64,000 bases of DNA from assembly GCA_032718475.1 (NCBI GenBank), contig JAUCBJ010005181.1:17657-81656 (forward strand), given 5' to 3'. A model generated the notes under the pieces. The model was given only the letters and a program-made list of their open reading frames with translations. It was not told where the DNA came from and did no database searches. The number at the start of each line of letters is the position of its first letter. Position 1 is the first letter of the stretch. Positions 36,401 through 50,191 of this stretch are shown here, piece by piece. The DNA comes from Nemertoderma westbladi. Lineage: Eukaryota > Animalia > Xenacoelomorpha. Made by a program: the position numbers and the translations under genes.

Positions 36401-39400
36401 TCCCGGATTCCGATGTTGGAAGTTGGCGCTTTCCAAGATAGTTGTCTGTCAGGAATAACCGGGTGCGCTTTGTTATCGGTTTCAGTCTCATACGTAAGCG
36501 CTCGGTACACCGCGGTGTTTATCATATAACAGGATTCGTTTTCGTCGGAGAATTCATCCGTATAAAATCCTTCCATCTCAGAACTTTGGTCAGTGTCGTT
36601 CACATCACTGAATTGGACATGTAGTTCGGACTCACTTACCTGACTCGGGCTGTTTCTTTCAAATTCGGTGTGCAGCAAGATATGATGTTTCGCGCCGCAC
36701 TTAGCACACCTCGCGTCGGAGTAACAGGTTCGCCGTTGGTGTCCTTGTCTGAGACAATTATAACACAACCTCTTATCCCACATGACTTCGCGTCTATCCT
36801 TTAAGGATTTCTTTAAGAATTCATCACACACACTTAAACGATGGGGACCGTCACACAATGCACATTTTGGTTTGATGTTACTTACTTTACCTTGGGTAGT
36901 GTTGTGCACACTCGTTCTTTCCTCGGGCTTTCTTCCCTGAATTCTCTTAGGAGACGTAGGAGGAGTTTTTGTTACCTGTTCTCTCCTGTCACTGGTTTGA
37001 GACTTAAATTTACTTACGTCTTTAGGTGCTTTGTTGACATAGTAAGATCTTTCGGTGTCTTTCCCGCTGTTCTCCTCTTGAGAGGTTTGGCTTTCGCCGT
37101 CGTCTGTATAACACACTGGTGTTACCTTTCTCCTAGAAACGGGTTTTTCACTCACCTTATTTTCCGGTGTCTTCTCTCAGGACTGCTTTAGGAGCTGTAA
37201 TTTTACCTCTCCATCTAAAAATGACATGAGATCAGTCATGGTAGGGTCTCTTTGTTGTTGTTCCATCATATATAGAACTCTTTTGTCCCAACGAGTACCT
37301 ACTCCACCCTTTGGCAAGGTAGATGCTACAGCTCCAATAACCATAGAACTCTGATATTCATGAGACTTACCTAGCCAATCTAATTGTCTACAGATCTCCT
37401 GGATCTCATCGGAAAATTCTATAATCCCACTGCTAAGAAACTTTCGGGGCGCTACCAATTTCGCATACAAATACCTAGCTATGTTAGTCCTATTACCATA
37501 CCTGATGTTTAGTGTATCCCAAACTTGTCTTAATCCATCTGGATGTCCAATAAACTTTAATGCCATTAACTTGGGAGATCCTTCCAAGCACTCGATGATG
37601 AATCTAAGTTTCTCTCCGTTAGATAGCACAGAGTTCTGTATGTTATCTTTATAATATTCATTAAAAGGTAACCATTTCATCTCATCTCCGTTGAACTTGA
37701 CGACTTTGACGCGTAAAACTTTCTTGGGCCATCGTATTATTTAATATCGAGTTAGATCGGTATATAAATTTCTCGGATTATGATCAGGTCTATATGGAAT
37801 ATCATTATCAACAGTTTTATAATTACCCTTAATAGGGTTTACTATAGGAGTTTCTACTTCACTAGCAGTATAGATGCGTGTAGGCTCCACACCTTGCGCA
37901 TGAAATACTTCAGACCTAACAGGTTGACACATTGTTACAGGGGGTGGTGGTATACCCCTTTGTATATTTACTAATTTATCGCGTTCTAACACGATACTCT
38001 GCTGCACTTCTTGCAACTCTAACCTACCTTCTCTTACTGTTCCCTTTAACTGTTGAACAGTCCCTTCCATCTCTCGGACCTGCTGGGAGGAACGCAATCG
38101 ATTTTCCTCCAATTGTCCGAGCAGGAGATCCATTCCCCGCCATCGCTCATCCACCCCCTCTACCGCCAAAGCGGGAGCCAGCAACATAGTAGCGGGTAGA
38201 CGAGGGACGACGGGCGACAAATCATTGATGTCTCGCTCGGCGTCCAGGACTGGGACAGATTCAGGGGCCATTCTACAGGGCACAGGTAATTTAGTACTGT
38301 GCAAAGGGAATTTAGAGTTCGGTTCTGGAAGTACAGGGGTCTCTATCACAGAGGGAGTGGCTTCGAGAACAGGCCTAATTATTTCAGGCTCATCTACTAT
38401 AGTAGGGAGTCTTTCTACTCTAATAATTTGGTCTGTGGGTTCTGTACTACCTAAGTCTACACTAACTAGTTGCCTTCTCACAGCTGGGGGCAAATTAGGC
38501 AATTTCTGACGGTGGGGCGTTCTTCTACGTCAGCTGGAAAGAGATCTATTTCCTCCACCTTCAGGATCTGTCATATCGCCTTCATCAGATGATGTAAATC
38601 CCTGTCTCTTGGGAGTAGATCGACTTATCATCTGCATATGACTAGCTGTTATCTGTTTATTTAAGTAGTCTTGCTTCTCTTGAAGATTTTCCAACTCTAG
38701 TTGGGTTGTCTCTTCAGATGCCCTCCGTTTTGTTTCCGCCACCGCCACTGCCGCCTTTCTTTCCACTTCTGCAGCTACTGCTGTCGCTTTTCTTTCCGCC
38801 TCTGCCGCTTTTCTTTCCGCTTCTGCAGCTGCTGCTGCCGCTTTTCTTTCAGCCTCTATCGCTGCCGCTTCCTGTCTGTCTTCTATCTGTTTTTTCTTTA
38901 GCTGTTTTTTCTTGGACCCTAACGATGCGGATTCTTTCATCAAATCTAGCTCGATCCACTGCTAACCTTTCCGCATCTAATGAGTCTAGCACAAATTTGG
39001 CTCCCTCACTATTAGGGTGAAGTCCAGCTAGCCATCTCCTTAACTCTTTGTCTCCTATAAATCGTTGATAGTCTGACAGATAGATGTCAATGGCATCCTT
39101 CTTCTGAGGTTTCTCTGATGTCGCTTCGCTTTCCACCTGAGAAAAGGTAGCGTCTGTTGATTCTCCGTGGGTCGAGCGCTCAGTTAGCTGAATTTTCCAT
39201 TGGGTCATTCCTAGGACTTTAAGACTCACCCGTTGGAACGAAGTATTTACGGCAACTTGCAATGACGTGTCTTGGCTTCTCTTCGAGGCTTCCTCAAAGG
39301 CTGAAAGGATTAGTCTGATTCTTAGGATTCGTTCTCGAACTTGATAAAGCAGCTCTCCCTGCTCTTGAGGTCCCTGGGGTTGTTGGAACAGTTGTTCCTC

Positions 39401-40051
39401 TAATCGCTCCAAAGAGCTGAAGAATCCCTGTACATATCCGGCTGCCGACCTCTTCCACACAGCTGGATCTCTAGTGTCCTTTACCACTCCCATCCTGTAT
39501 AAGTCCTCCCAGGCAGCTTCCGATAAGTTAAACAGGAGTCCAGGTCCGGGGAAGTTCCATTGCGTCTCGACAATAGACTTCAGTTCCTCCTTTGTGTATC
39601 CCGCATAACTGTCCTTGGTCGATCGCTTACTTCTCGCCCAATCGATTTGATGTTCCTCCACCGCAATCAATACTCTAGTGAGTACGGCTTCAGGAAGAAT
39701 GAGAAGTGGATCCGAATAAACCGCTTCTGCTATCTTTGCTCCACACTCGGGTGTCAACTCTACAGTATCTGAACTACTGGAGCTATCGGGCCACTGAGAA
39801 ATAAGTTCTCGGTTCGGGTGTTGCTGCTGTTTAACAGCTGCCTCTTGGTCCCGTTTGACTTGAGCCCGAGTGCCTATGATAGACCTATGATGCTTTACTA
39901 GCCTAGGATCTGATACTACTACTGGAGGGATGACCTTTCTTACAGTAGGAGGGGACTTGAACTTTGGTCTCAGATGTTCCGCACTCCTATCTGAATCGCA
40001 GACTGTTGTTTCTAGGAGACTATCTGACAGAGTTTGCTTTGTGTCAGCCAT
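33405..40051 (-). mobile_element. BEL/Pao LTR retrotransposon gag-pol, decayed and lacking integrase
   Basis: Coiled-coil gag (AERKAA repeats), DUF1759, Zn knuckles (CALC..H..C, CYNC..GH..C, CAKC..HHILLH), protease LDSGS, RT (RVVFDGS, SDIEGMF, YMDD), Pao RNase H (LHVFGD, YWTD, NPADIASRG), C-terminal DUF5641-like WQIGRI..DDGLVRSVEL..RPVGRLCLLE. One frameshift and three in-frame stops; purine-rich tract at ~33406-33416. Confidence 0.92.
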
Positions 40052-40169
40052 GTTTGATTGTACAGTTGAATGCCTACTACTATAACGACAGTTAAAGCAA
40101 ATCTAGTAATTTAGTATTAACTGTAAGCCTAGTAATTAATTACCGATATCGTTACTCAATGTAACGCGA

Positions 40170-40445
40170 TATATATAATATATTAGAATACCGGTATACA
40201 CTTATAGTATATATATAAGTATTAATATAGACTAGGGTTTGTCACAGAATACCGGTATATAATTTCAGCATAAATTTATATAAATATATATAATGAGCCT
40301 ACTATAAATACCAGTATACAGCATACACTTATAGTATATATAAGTATGATTATAGACTAGAATTAATTACAGAATACCGGTATATAATTTCAGCTTAAAT
40401 TTATAGAAATAAATATAATAAGCCTATCGTAAATACCGGTATGTC
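40170..40445. repeat. ~130-bp tandem duplication in the retroelement leader
   Basis: ATACACTTATAGTATATATAAGTA..TATAGACTAG..CAGAATACCGGTATATAATTTCAGC..AAATTTATA occurs twice. Confidence 0.7.
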
Positions 40446-43133
40446 AATTATTTTATAATAACTGAATTTCTGAATTTTAGGGTTACTTTTCTTTACTTTA
40501 TTACTGTTATTAAGCAGTAGTCAAACTGATATTAAGACCTAATTGATGGATAACAGGCCTACTATTTTATAAATCGGTTTGAGTTGATTTATAATATATA
40601 TATACCCGTATAATGTGTTTTTGTCAATGTTTGAAATAAATGTTATTATTTCTGGTAAGGAGTCACTACACAGAAGCTGAACGCTCTCAGTGGAGTGCTA
40701 CTTGTTGGACACTAAAACAAATAATTCTACTTGACTAAGTTACTTATTACTACAAATTACATACAATTACTGTGTGAGATTACAATCTCTAAATAAACAC
40801 AAAAAATTACACATACAAATTTCAGGGTAATTTTACAGGAAATCTACAAACCAGCCTAACAAGGAGTTAGAATTTCTGGTTCTTACAAACGGACAGGAAA
40901 CTACGGTATTTGAAAATAATTAAGCAGTAGTAAATAAATTGCGTTGTCCAGATAAGAAAATACCACCGTCTGACGACTTATAGTCTTTAGCTCTACAGCT
41001 CTATAAGTACTACGTTATGTACCCGGAGTGTCCTTACCTAGAAGTTAATTACCGCAGCCAACCAGAGCTAACGTGCCTATTAACCACTTTACAACACAAA
41101 TATACTGCCTATACACTAATTACCTTCGGAAAGTACTGTACACTAAACCCTAAATTAGGTACAAGTACTTATACAACAAATAACCAGCAGTTAAATATAC
41201 TTGTACAGCTAAAAGAACCACGGTATCTGCTGGAGTGACTAGAGCATAAAATCACCAGTCTTTACCTACGCCAAGCAGCCCTGATGTAGTACCGGGGTTA
41301 ATTTAACTATAACGGTATGTATAACAAGCACAATTACTGTAGGAATAAACTTAGGGAGTTATGTAGGTTGCGAATACTCGAATAGACTCTGAATAATAAA
41401 TATTACGCTATCCGTGCAGACTATACAAACAAAATACAGACCAAACGTTGGCAGACTACTATCAAGCCTAAATAAACTACAGTATATGCAGACTCCAAAA
41501 TGGTTAGTTAGTAGGCGTTCTAACCGAGTAGTATGACTTATTCTTTCGGGGGGGATTTACCTTACAGCACTGGATGCCCCCACCTTCCTAACTAGTACTT
41601 TATCGGACATACACTCTACACACACTGCAATCTCTTCAGACTTAACAACAGTCAGACAACAATCCAGCCTACAAATTATTTATACAATCTGAGCAGGCTT
41701 ACACGCCTTCTGCTCAATATTACACTTACATATAAATAAAACTGACAGAAATAAGTAAAATCCCAATAAAAAACCAGGGCGGCCGTCCCTGATTAAATAT
41801 CAAGACCTACCGGTATATAATTATCAAAATCGAATAATACTGCTGTATATGTAAGTACCGGTTCGGGTAGTCGGGCAGTTAGGCCTACAGCTTACCGTTC
41901 GACCGGTACTTTCGACTTTATTGCCTACGGTGCAATAAAGAATCTAAAATCTATTATTGTTCGCGCTTTCAGACCTTTAGCAGTTTAACCTGCCAATTTT
42001 AGGTGTCCTCTTGTTTATAAATCGACTTTAGCCTATAACAATTATTTAGTACACATGAAGTAACATTAGCCGAAGCCAGTCTATGCGCGATCATTCACCC
42101 ACAGTGTAGGGAGACTGGATTCGGGTGCTTTGAATTTATTGCGTTGCAGACCTACTGTATTATTCGATTGATTGTTACTATATAATCTCTGACAATATTA
42201 TTCACTTTCGGGGAAATATTAACAGTTCCTTTGGGACGTGGCGCTTTAAGTATAAAACAGAGTTATGACTTATACTAAACACAACGAGATGGCTACTGAT
42301 TTTCGTAAATAGCGCATTCTTTAGGAGATGCTTTATTATCTGTCACACTGCTGCATACGACTTCACACTGCTGCACACTGATCTGCCGATATTCACTGAA
42401 TTTGACCATATATAAGGAGGATAGCAACTGACACATGTAGGGATTATGAAATAGCATTTAATTCACACTAAAACCACTATAATGTAAGTCGCAATTGCTA
42501 CCGGTAACAGGTCCCTCTTACCTTCAGTAATCAAGAAGATTGGGGTTTTATGATTATTTATCGATATTCTCCAAATATAACAACATATCCATCAACATAT
42601 AACAATTAATAACAGACAGTAAACAGCAATGTTTCAGGTCAGATGTGTGACCGTAGTTTGACAAGTTGACAGGATAATAGATTTACGTTCTTATAATCAA
42701 AGCCGTCTAATGTTGGCCAAAGTCTGAAACTTCTAACACAGAAGTACAGAAGAATTTCCAAGTAGTTGTTCTCGCTCAGAAAGGTAAACAAAGACCGTAA
42801 TGCATTGCGCGGTTTTCCGTAGGCCTCTGTGCAAGATAAAATGAAAATCGCTCTGATTGGCTGAGCGATCTGAACAAAGAGGTTCCACATCGACAGTAAA
42901 TCAGCTGACAGATTTCGTCATCTGAACTACAATCTATTTAGAGTATTAGCGCATTGCGGCATAAAATGGCTTGTTATGTCCGCTAAAACACCTACAGGGT
43001 ACATTGAGGAGAAAATGGCTTGTAATGTCCACTAAAACAACTGAACAGTTCACTGCGGCGAAAAACGACTGGTTATATCCGCAAAAGCTTTTACAAAGTG
43101 GGTGGTGTGTTCTTCCATCCTGGGGTAGTTATC

Positions 43134-43405
43134 TTAATCGGTTACGAGAATGAGCTCCTGGTACGATTGAAACATCCGTTCATATCGGTGGAGGGTATTC
43201 CTGATCTTCTGGAGCTGAGTTTGTATATCACTGAGGGGGGTCTTGACTCCTTTTAGCTGTTTCTCGAAATGGTTATAGGCCCGAGTAACCCCGCCCTTGA
43301 GAGCACCCAACCGACGTGCCACGTTCTTTACATTCGGGACCTCGTCGGTTTATGAGTCTATATGAGGAACTGTTCCTTCAGTATCGTAGGCATTGTCCTC
43401 CATCA
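43134..43405 (-). pseudogene. Fragment of a third BEL/Pao gag N-terminus
   Basis: RRLGALKGGVTRAYNHF..helical segment resembles the KRG.IKG.LTR start typical of BEL gag; interrupted by stops. Confidence 0.45.
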
Positions 43406-44269
43406 TTCTAGACCTTCATTTATCGACAGGTATGCAATATCATAAAATAGCTCGTTGTATGTCTCATATTCTGCCTGAACCACTCGGGGGGTGATTCTAA
43501 ATCGTCCCACGTTGGTTCCCTGTACCTCAACTCTATCTGCCAGATTCCTGGTTCGACTTGTATTAGATCAATGGGTGTGATTGATAATTCTATTCCCTGC
43601 TAACGACTCTCTTCTAATGACCTGCCGACTACGACTTCTAGACTGTTTGTGTTGAGTTTGTGCATTAATTAAACCATGACTTTTTCTCAAATCAAATACC
43701 AGAGTTTCCTCGTAGTGGGTGCTGGTTAAGCACGTAGAGAGTTTGAAGAACACTTGCGGCTGTTCAATTCCCAACTTCCACCAGTTGAAATTGGCCGCGT
43801 ATTATTCTCAACTTTGTTGCCGTTATTCCCGACACCAGGGGGGGAAACGCCGATGCTGGAGGTGGAACTTTCAGACCGCTATGTCCCGGCCAGTCACCGG
43901 ATATTGGGAGTGGAGAAGGACGTTGTCTTAAATGCAGAGTAGAAAAGGAGTTTTGTTGGTTGGATATTAATCTTTATTTGATCGACACTCTGAACTCTAA
44001 TTTGCACTCTGAAATATTGCACTCTGTTACACTCTGATTGAGAATAATTTGGGCTTCCCCACACCAATATACCAAATATTCACAATAATACACAATATGA
44101 AATTCCTACAGTAAATTATTTAATTACCCTACTGTTTGCTTAACTTTCAGATTTTGACCTAACTAATGTTCCCCATTTTCCCTCAGTCCTAGTCCCGGTA
44201 CAGTAGTGTCAGCATCGGTCGATTCTTTGCTTGTCTGCTCCACCCTTCCTGATCCCATACGGGTCAGTC

Positions 44270-44930
44270 ATTAGGAAAGCGGCGCGGCTTAGCTAGGGAT
44301 TCTGTCGGTTCGTCGCAGGGTCCCAACTACCTATGCTTACCGACTCCAGGCTCCAGGCGCTTTCAGGCTCGTAATCACATTAGTAGTCGAGAACCCACTC
44401 CGAATAGTCGGTTTGCCAGTAAAGTCTGGTCCTCTGTCTTTCGACCCTGTCGCATGTCCATCCCACCCTTCCCCATCCCTAACAGGATCGGTCCTCAGGA
44501 AAGCGGTACGGCTTAGCTAGGGGTCTGTCAGCCCGTTGTGAGCCCCAACTGTCGGAGCTTTCCGAGTTCTTTTCAGGCTCGTACTAACGCCAGTCGTGGA
44601 GCCCACGCCAGGAAGTCAGTCCTCGTTGAACCCTTCCTTTCCGTCCAGTCATCGGCCCTTCATAAATCCCCGGCTTATCGAACGGCGTCCGAGTCCTTTT
44701 CAGGCTCAGTCGTCGCCAACAACCAGGAACCGTTCCAGACCTGTCAGTCGATTCTTCGCAAGTCCCCAATGCGAAAACTCCGCCCGAGTCCTTTTCAGGC
44801 TCAGTCGTAGCCAACGCACCAGGAACCACTTAGGATCTGTCGGTCCCTTCGCAAATCCCTAGCACATCGAGAAACGCCCGAGTCCTTTTCAGGCTCAGTC
44901 GCCACTGATGGCCAGGGACCGCTAAGGGCA
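44270..44930 (-). repeat. Five diverged units (~95-210 bp apart) with conserved core GAGCCTGAAAAGGACTCGG
   Basis: Cores (plus strand TTTCAGGCTC) near 44361, 44571, 44698, 44793 and 44887; the same motif recurs at 31751-31775. Confidence 0.75.
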
Positions 44931-45552
44931 GTCCTTGTCCCCAGACCTAGCGGGTTACCGACTACCGAAGTAGGTTGTCTAGGCCTATAGTAACTATCAG
45001 GCAACTCTGACAGCCGAGAGTTTTGCTTGATTTTACCCCCCACCCATGGTCCCCCCCCGTTTTTTCCCCCTAGGTCGCCCCCAGTCTATTGAATATACCC
45101 AAATTTTGTGTTCCCGCACCCACCACTGATATTGGCACATTCATAAAATAAGAAATCGAAAAATATGTAACTCGCGTTATGATAACTTAAAATAACGCGA
45201 ACAACATAGTTGTGTGGCAATTTTGGATAATGAGAAAGTAACAAGTGTCAACCCATTAACTGAAGTCCATTAATAAATTTATCGATACTGTAAGTAAAAT
45301 ATCAAGATAACGTTTCGGCATCACGTAAAGAAAAATAGTGTGGTATCCATTAATTAATACACACTTTTGATATAGAATTTGGCATTTATTAGTATTAATT
45401 GCATTTGATATTTGCTTTCGCATAAATTTACTTCATTGTTTTCTATATAAGAGGGTAAATTATCCAGTTGACACCATTGACATTTTTTGTTGCGAATTCG
45501 GGTAACTCTACAGTAATAAATCTCGCTTTGTTAAAACTACCACAAAGACACC

Positions 45553-48500
45553 ATGAAGCTGTGCGCCTCGATTGTTTTAGCTTACCTGACTGTAGCTTAT
45601 GCTGCTCGTAAGTATTTTGTAATATCTCCCATGTAGCTGTAGGTATTCCTCCTTTGCCCTCCTGTTCCTGTCTTACTGCCCTTGCATGCTGTATGGCCTA
45701 CTATTCAGTGATAAAATATAAACATAAGTTCACTTTAAAGTGTATCCATTGCACACCCGCCCACTATATACAGTAGGTCTTATAGTATAACGATATACCA
45801 AACGAGCCCGGTCATACGTACAGAGTACACAAGTTCTCAATTGCAGTTCTCTTTGTAAATTAATGTTAAATGGTTGAGTAGCGCAATTGTATTTCAAAGA
45901 ATTCTAGAATTCTACACCCATCGGGTAAAATATAACGATTTCGGCGAGGTTCTGCAGAAATTTGTTACATAAGATTAAATGATTTCATCATTGTTTTTAG
46001 ACCAGAATCAAAGGGTTTAACCAGCTGCCAACTCTGTTTTAGTGGGTATTTGGCCACCGAAATTTCGGCCATTTCAGCGTATCTAGGACTGCCTATTTCT
46101 TTTAGAATATTGTGAAAATGAATTGGTATAAAAAGTATGTCCCTGTCAAATTGGTACTGTATATAAGACGTATGTCCATGTCCAGTCGTTACACTGTAGC
46201 ACCACCCGTCACATGAACTCACTAATTTTCTAGAGGACCAACTGCAGAGACAACTGGAGGATACTGTGGGGCGTCATGCCGATCACTGTGGTAACGACTT
46301 TGTGGCAGCGAACTGCGATGTTCAATGTCTGTTCGGCTGGATGCACGATGACAACAACTGCCCAACATGCGCGTGTGTTGCTGAGGGAGATGAGCCCTTG
46401 TACCAGGTAATAAACTCAGAGGTTATAGGCGATGGTGCCTTATTGTAAAAAGTTATTAGGTGGCATTTTATTCTATTAATAATAAATTAACATACATTTT
46501 TTAAACAGAAATAGAATTAAAAGCGACTAACTTTTTTTTAAATAAGACGTATAAATGTATCTCTAGAAACTCAAATTATTAATTTAACATTATAGATTTT
46601 ATTTACTTGACTTAATGGCTAATCATTACTAATTCATGGCTAAAGATATTTCTAGTAGGTCATGGGCTAATGTCGTTTTTTAATTCTTATACAGTATGTA
46701 CAGTAGGGCATAGGTTACAATTCGCGTATCTCAAATAATTATTAATTGTACCTACACTATTATTCCTCAGGGAGACATCAAACTGTCACCGGATGTAAAA
46801 GAAATACTCTCAGGGAGCGAAAGAGGAACTGTAAGCAACCTCAAATTGCGATGGACAGATTACCCCGATGGAAACGGAGTTAGTTTACACATAATTAAAT
46901 TAATATAATATAATATTTAACAAGTTAATATGTAGGTTATTGTAGGGTTGTACTGTACATACTGTATGCCTATATTTCTCCAGTTAGTTGACGAGGCTCT
47001 AACTCAAATGGGCAAGCGATAAATTTATTGATGACATGTTTTAACTTCATATTCGCCTGCAGGGCTTATTCAACATACAGTATTTATGGACAAAAAGTAA
47101 AAGTGATCGGTGTACTTGTGAAACGCGAGAGATATGCCGAAGGGTCCTCTCTCTTGGCTGTTACCTATAAAGCAGGGAGGGATGCCGCCACACTACACAG
47201 TATCTACCAAGGGCGAATACTCGGTGAACATCCAACCATTTTTTTCTTTACTGAACAAGTAGAAGCCAGGTACCCAAACCGCTGGGTTGGCGAACCTGTT
47301 ACGAAAATGTAACTGACACGGGATCGAACCCGAAACCTCCCAGCTAGAAGCAAAGGGAGTAACTACTTTCCTGCTAGCTGGTAAGATTGTCGCGCGGGGT
47401 GGGGTTTAAATGTTCCGCGCACAATTGTAAATATTATTTAATAGCCTCTCTCTACACTATCACTAAACTGTAAATTCCCTTAATTTATTAATTATGCCAA
47501 CAACAATTAAGTATTAATATCCATAACTTCCCCCTAGAACTACAACATCCCTTACATCGTATCAACTTCCAACGGTGACGTCCACTCTGTCGTTAATGCA
47601 GCTAAGGACTGGTTCGCCGCTAATACCTGCGTCAGATTGGTACCCCGAACTAACCAGCAGAATTACGTTCAAGTGATCCTCTACAATGGATGCTGGTCTC
47701 AGGTACTTCAGTAGCTACTAAGTTATTGCATATTTATTATTGGATTTAAATGTAAATTGATTAGGCTACTCTTTGTGCTCATCTTCCACAAAGAAAAAAT
47801 GTAATACATCAATCATAAATAGCTTAAGAGCCTGACCCCTGACCTGTAAGTAAAAACAATAACTCAATACGGTATAGCCACTGTTAATGTCAAGGCCATG
47901 CATCTTGCCGAAACGCCCCTAACTTCTGCTAGCTCTATTAAACCCTCCATCTCTCACCATCTCGAGGTTGTTACGAAAAAACAGAAAGTAAACAGACAAT
48001 TATATAGTCGGGAGACGACAATACATTTTCGTGTTCTAAAAATAGACCACCATAATAAAAGCAACAACTACACTGTAGTAGTTGTAGTAGGCCTAATAAC
48101 TGTATATCGAATCCTGGCATGCCATTTGATTGATTGATTGGTTTTTTTTTACGCCATAAATATAGAGTACTCCAGATACAAATTACATAACAACAAAATA
48201 CATATTAATACTTACATAATTGGACAGACAGTAATATCCATACATGTCTTTAAAATCGTAAAAGTTAATGGCATCAAGGACAGTAATCAACTTTATTATT
48301 TTAGAATTATTTTAATGAGAAATCATTAAAATTATTGCACCAAGAACAAAAAAGTACATATATAGTTTATGCAAGGACTTTCTCAGTTTCTTTCCAGCTT
48401 TACAATTGATAAGCTAAACTTAAAAAATTAAAATAGAAAAATAGATAAGCTTAATTATAATCAATGAATTTGGTTATTTTCTTCGCATTTATTGTGCAAA

Positions 48501-49196
48501 AATATACCAGCAGCGTGTTTCTTGGAACCGCATTGACAGCTTCTCTCTCAATTAAAATAGGTGGGTCGCGTTGGGGGAGTGCAACAGCTCTCGCTAGGTT
48601 ACGGTTGCCATCTATCCGGCACCGCAATCCATGAGTTCCTTCACGCTGCCGGCGTCTTCCACGAACAAAGCAGACCCGATCGTGACAACTATATCCGAAT
48701 TCTCTGGAACAATATCTCCGAATCGATGAAGTTAGTTCAAATACAGTAGTGAGGGGAGGGGGGGGGGGGGGGGGGGGCATGGGGGCAATCAAAATTCACC
48801 CCCTTTCTCTGGGGATATTGACGCAAATACAGTAACAACAGCTGATTACCAGAAAAATGTAGGCCTACAGTTTAACCAGTACAATTGGCTCCCGTTTATT
48901 GTTTTGGTTATAAATAACGTTTGTTTGCAAGTTAGTTTAATTTTAAAATTAAAATCATTATACAGTATTACAGTACAGAACGTATAGTTTTGGATATTTT
49001 CAGATACAATTTCAACAAACAAGCTATTGACTCCTTGGGAAGTCCTTATGAAACAAAATCCATTATGCACTACTACAGCGGGGCTTTCGCTACCAGTGGA
49101 AACAGCATGGTAACCATTGATGGCGGGTACATTCCTTGGAACTACAACCCAACAGCTGAAGACGGCAGGCAGATGAAGAAATTCTACGGATGTTAA
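45553..49196 (+). CDS. Secreted astacin metalloprotease with an antistasin-like module, copy 2; exons 45553-45607, 46234-46406, 46771-46878, 47538-47702, 48561-48730, 49004-49196; 287 aa
   Basis: Same exon lengths and motifs as copy 1, intact frame; by eye 4 amino-acid changes (K>M, T>A, N>K, H>Q) and 5 synonymous changes. Confidence 0.92.
47091..47381 (-). mobile_element. tRNA-derived SINE in astacin intron 3 (copy 2)
   Basis: Homologous to 24668-24957; B box GGTTCGATCCC. Confidence 0.6.
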
Positions 49197-49995
49197 TTCT
49201 GAGCTGAAACAGTAAAGGTGTTGGGAATATAAACTGAATGATTATCATGTGTGATTTGGGTTTACATTTTTGTGAAATTATTATTTTTGTGGTAAATATT
49301 GTTGTTTACAATAGTAATGATTTATTCAAATAAAACTCTTACTATTCTGTATAATAATTACAAATATTTCCCGTATGAATTTTATTTCTGAAAATTTGGT
49401 TATTCACGAGTAAAGGTACAGACAGTATCTACTTTTCTAACCAAAACACTAAACTAAAATTTTGTAACTCAGCTTACAGTATGTTTTTACTTTTACTAAT
49501 ATTGAAATTTGTTACCTGCCCTTATCTTGCAGGAGGCGTAATCAATTATATTTGTTTACTAAAATGTCTAGTGTCTATGTGCGATACTACTGTAGAATAT
49601 TTCGGACAAAAAAATTTTTTAATTCCAATCCTCAAATTCCTGTTAAAATTTCCAGCGAATTTTTGACTAATTAAGTAACATTTTGTTGTAACCACTTGTA
49701 ACCACAAGTTCATTCATCAAACCATTTGTATTCTTGAACTGTTATTTTTTGCTCGAATATACCCCAAAATCGGGAGAAAAAGTTATAAAATTAAAATTTT
49801 AAAGTAAAATAAAATATTTTCGGCGAAATTTCTTAAATTTTATTACATGTGGTAAAAGAGCATCGAAGTAGAAAATGTTTGCACGTAATTTGAGCAAAAT
49901 CCCACAGTCCAAAGTTATTTCAACTTTAGGTGTCTACACTAAAAGTGCCTACTCCAAAGCGGAACTCAATATCCAATATTGGTTTATGTTGTTAA

Positions 49996-50150
49996 GGGGG
50001 GGGGGGGGGGGGGGGGGGGGTCTCCTTTTGATTAGTTTTTAAGATATGACGATTTTACTAAGGCATGATTGCATAAAAAATCAAAATTTATATTAATTTA
50101 CAGACAGACAGACAGACTGACTGACTGACTGACTGACTCACAGACTGACT

Positions 50151-50191
<41 letters not shown>

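Larger units (their letters stand above)
45203..49500 (+). repeat. Segmental duplication, copy 2 (matches 22685-27745)
   Basis: Colinear near-identity; lacks the 684-bp MITE and part of intron 1. Confidence 0.93.

Noticed and set aside
44830-44930. HDV-like ribozyme (GGTCCCT..GCGAAGGGACC resembles P2 and J4/2)
   Set aside because: No P1.1 (CC in L3 with GG after P1), and the catalytic C is not kept in all units.
31790-45206. A matching LTR pair and primer-binding site for the BEL/Pao elements
   Set aside because: No long direct repeat was found by eye, and TGGTGGGTGCGG near 45125 is not a convincing tRNA complement.
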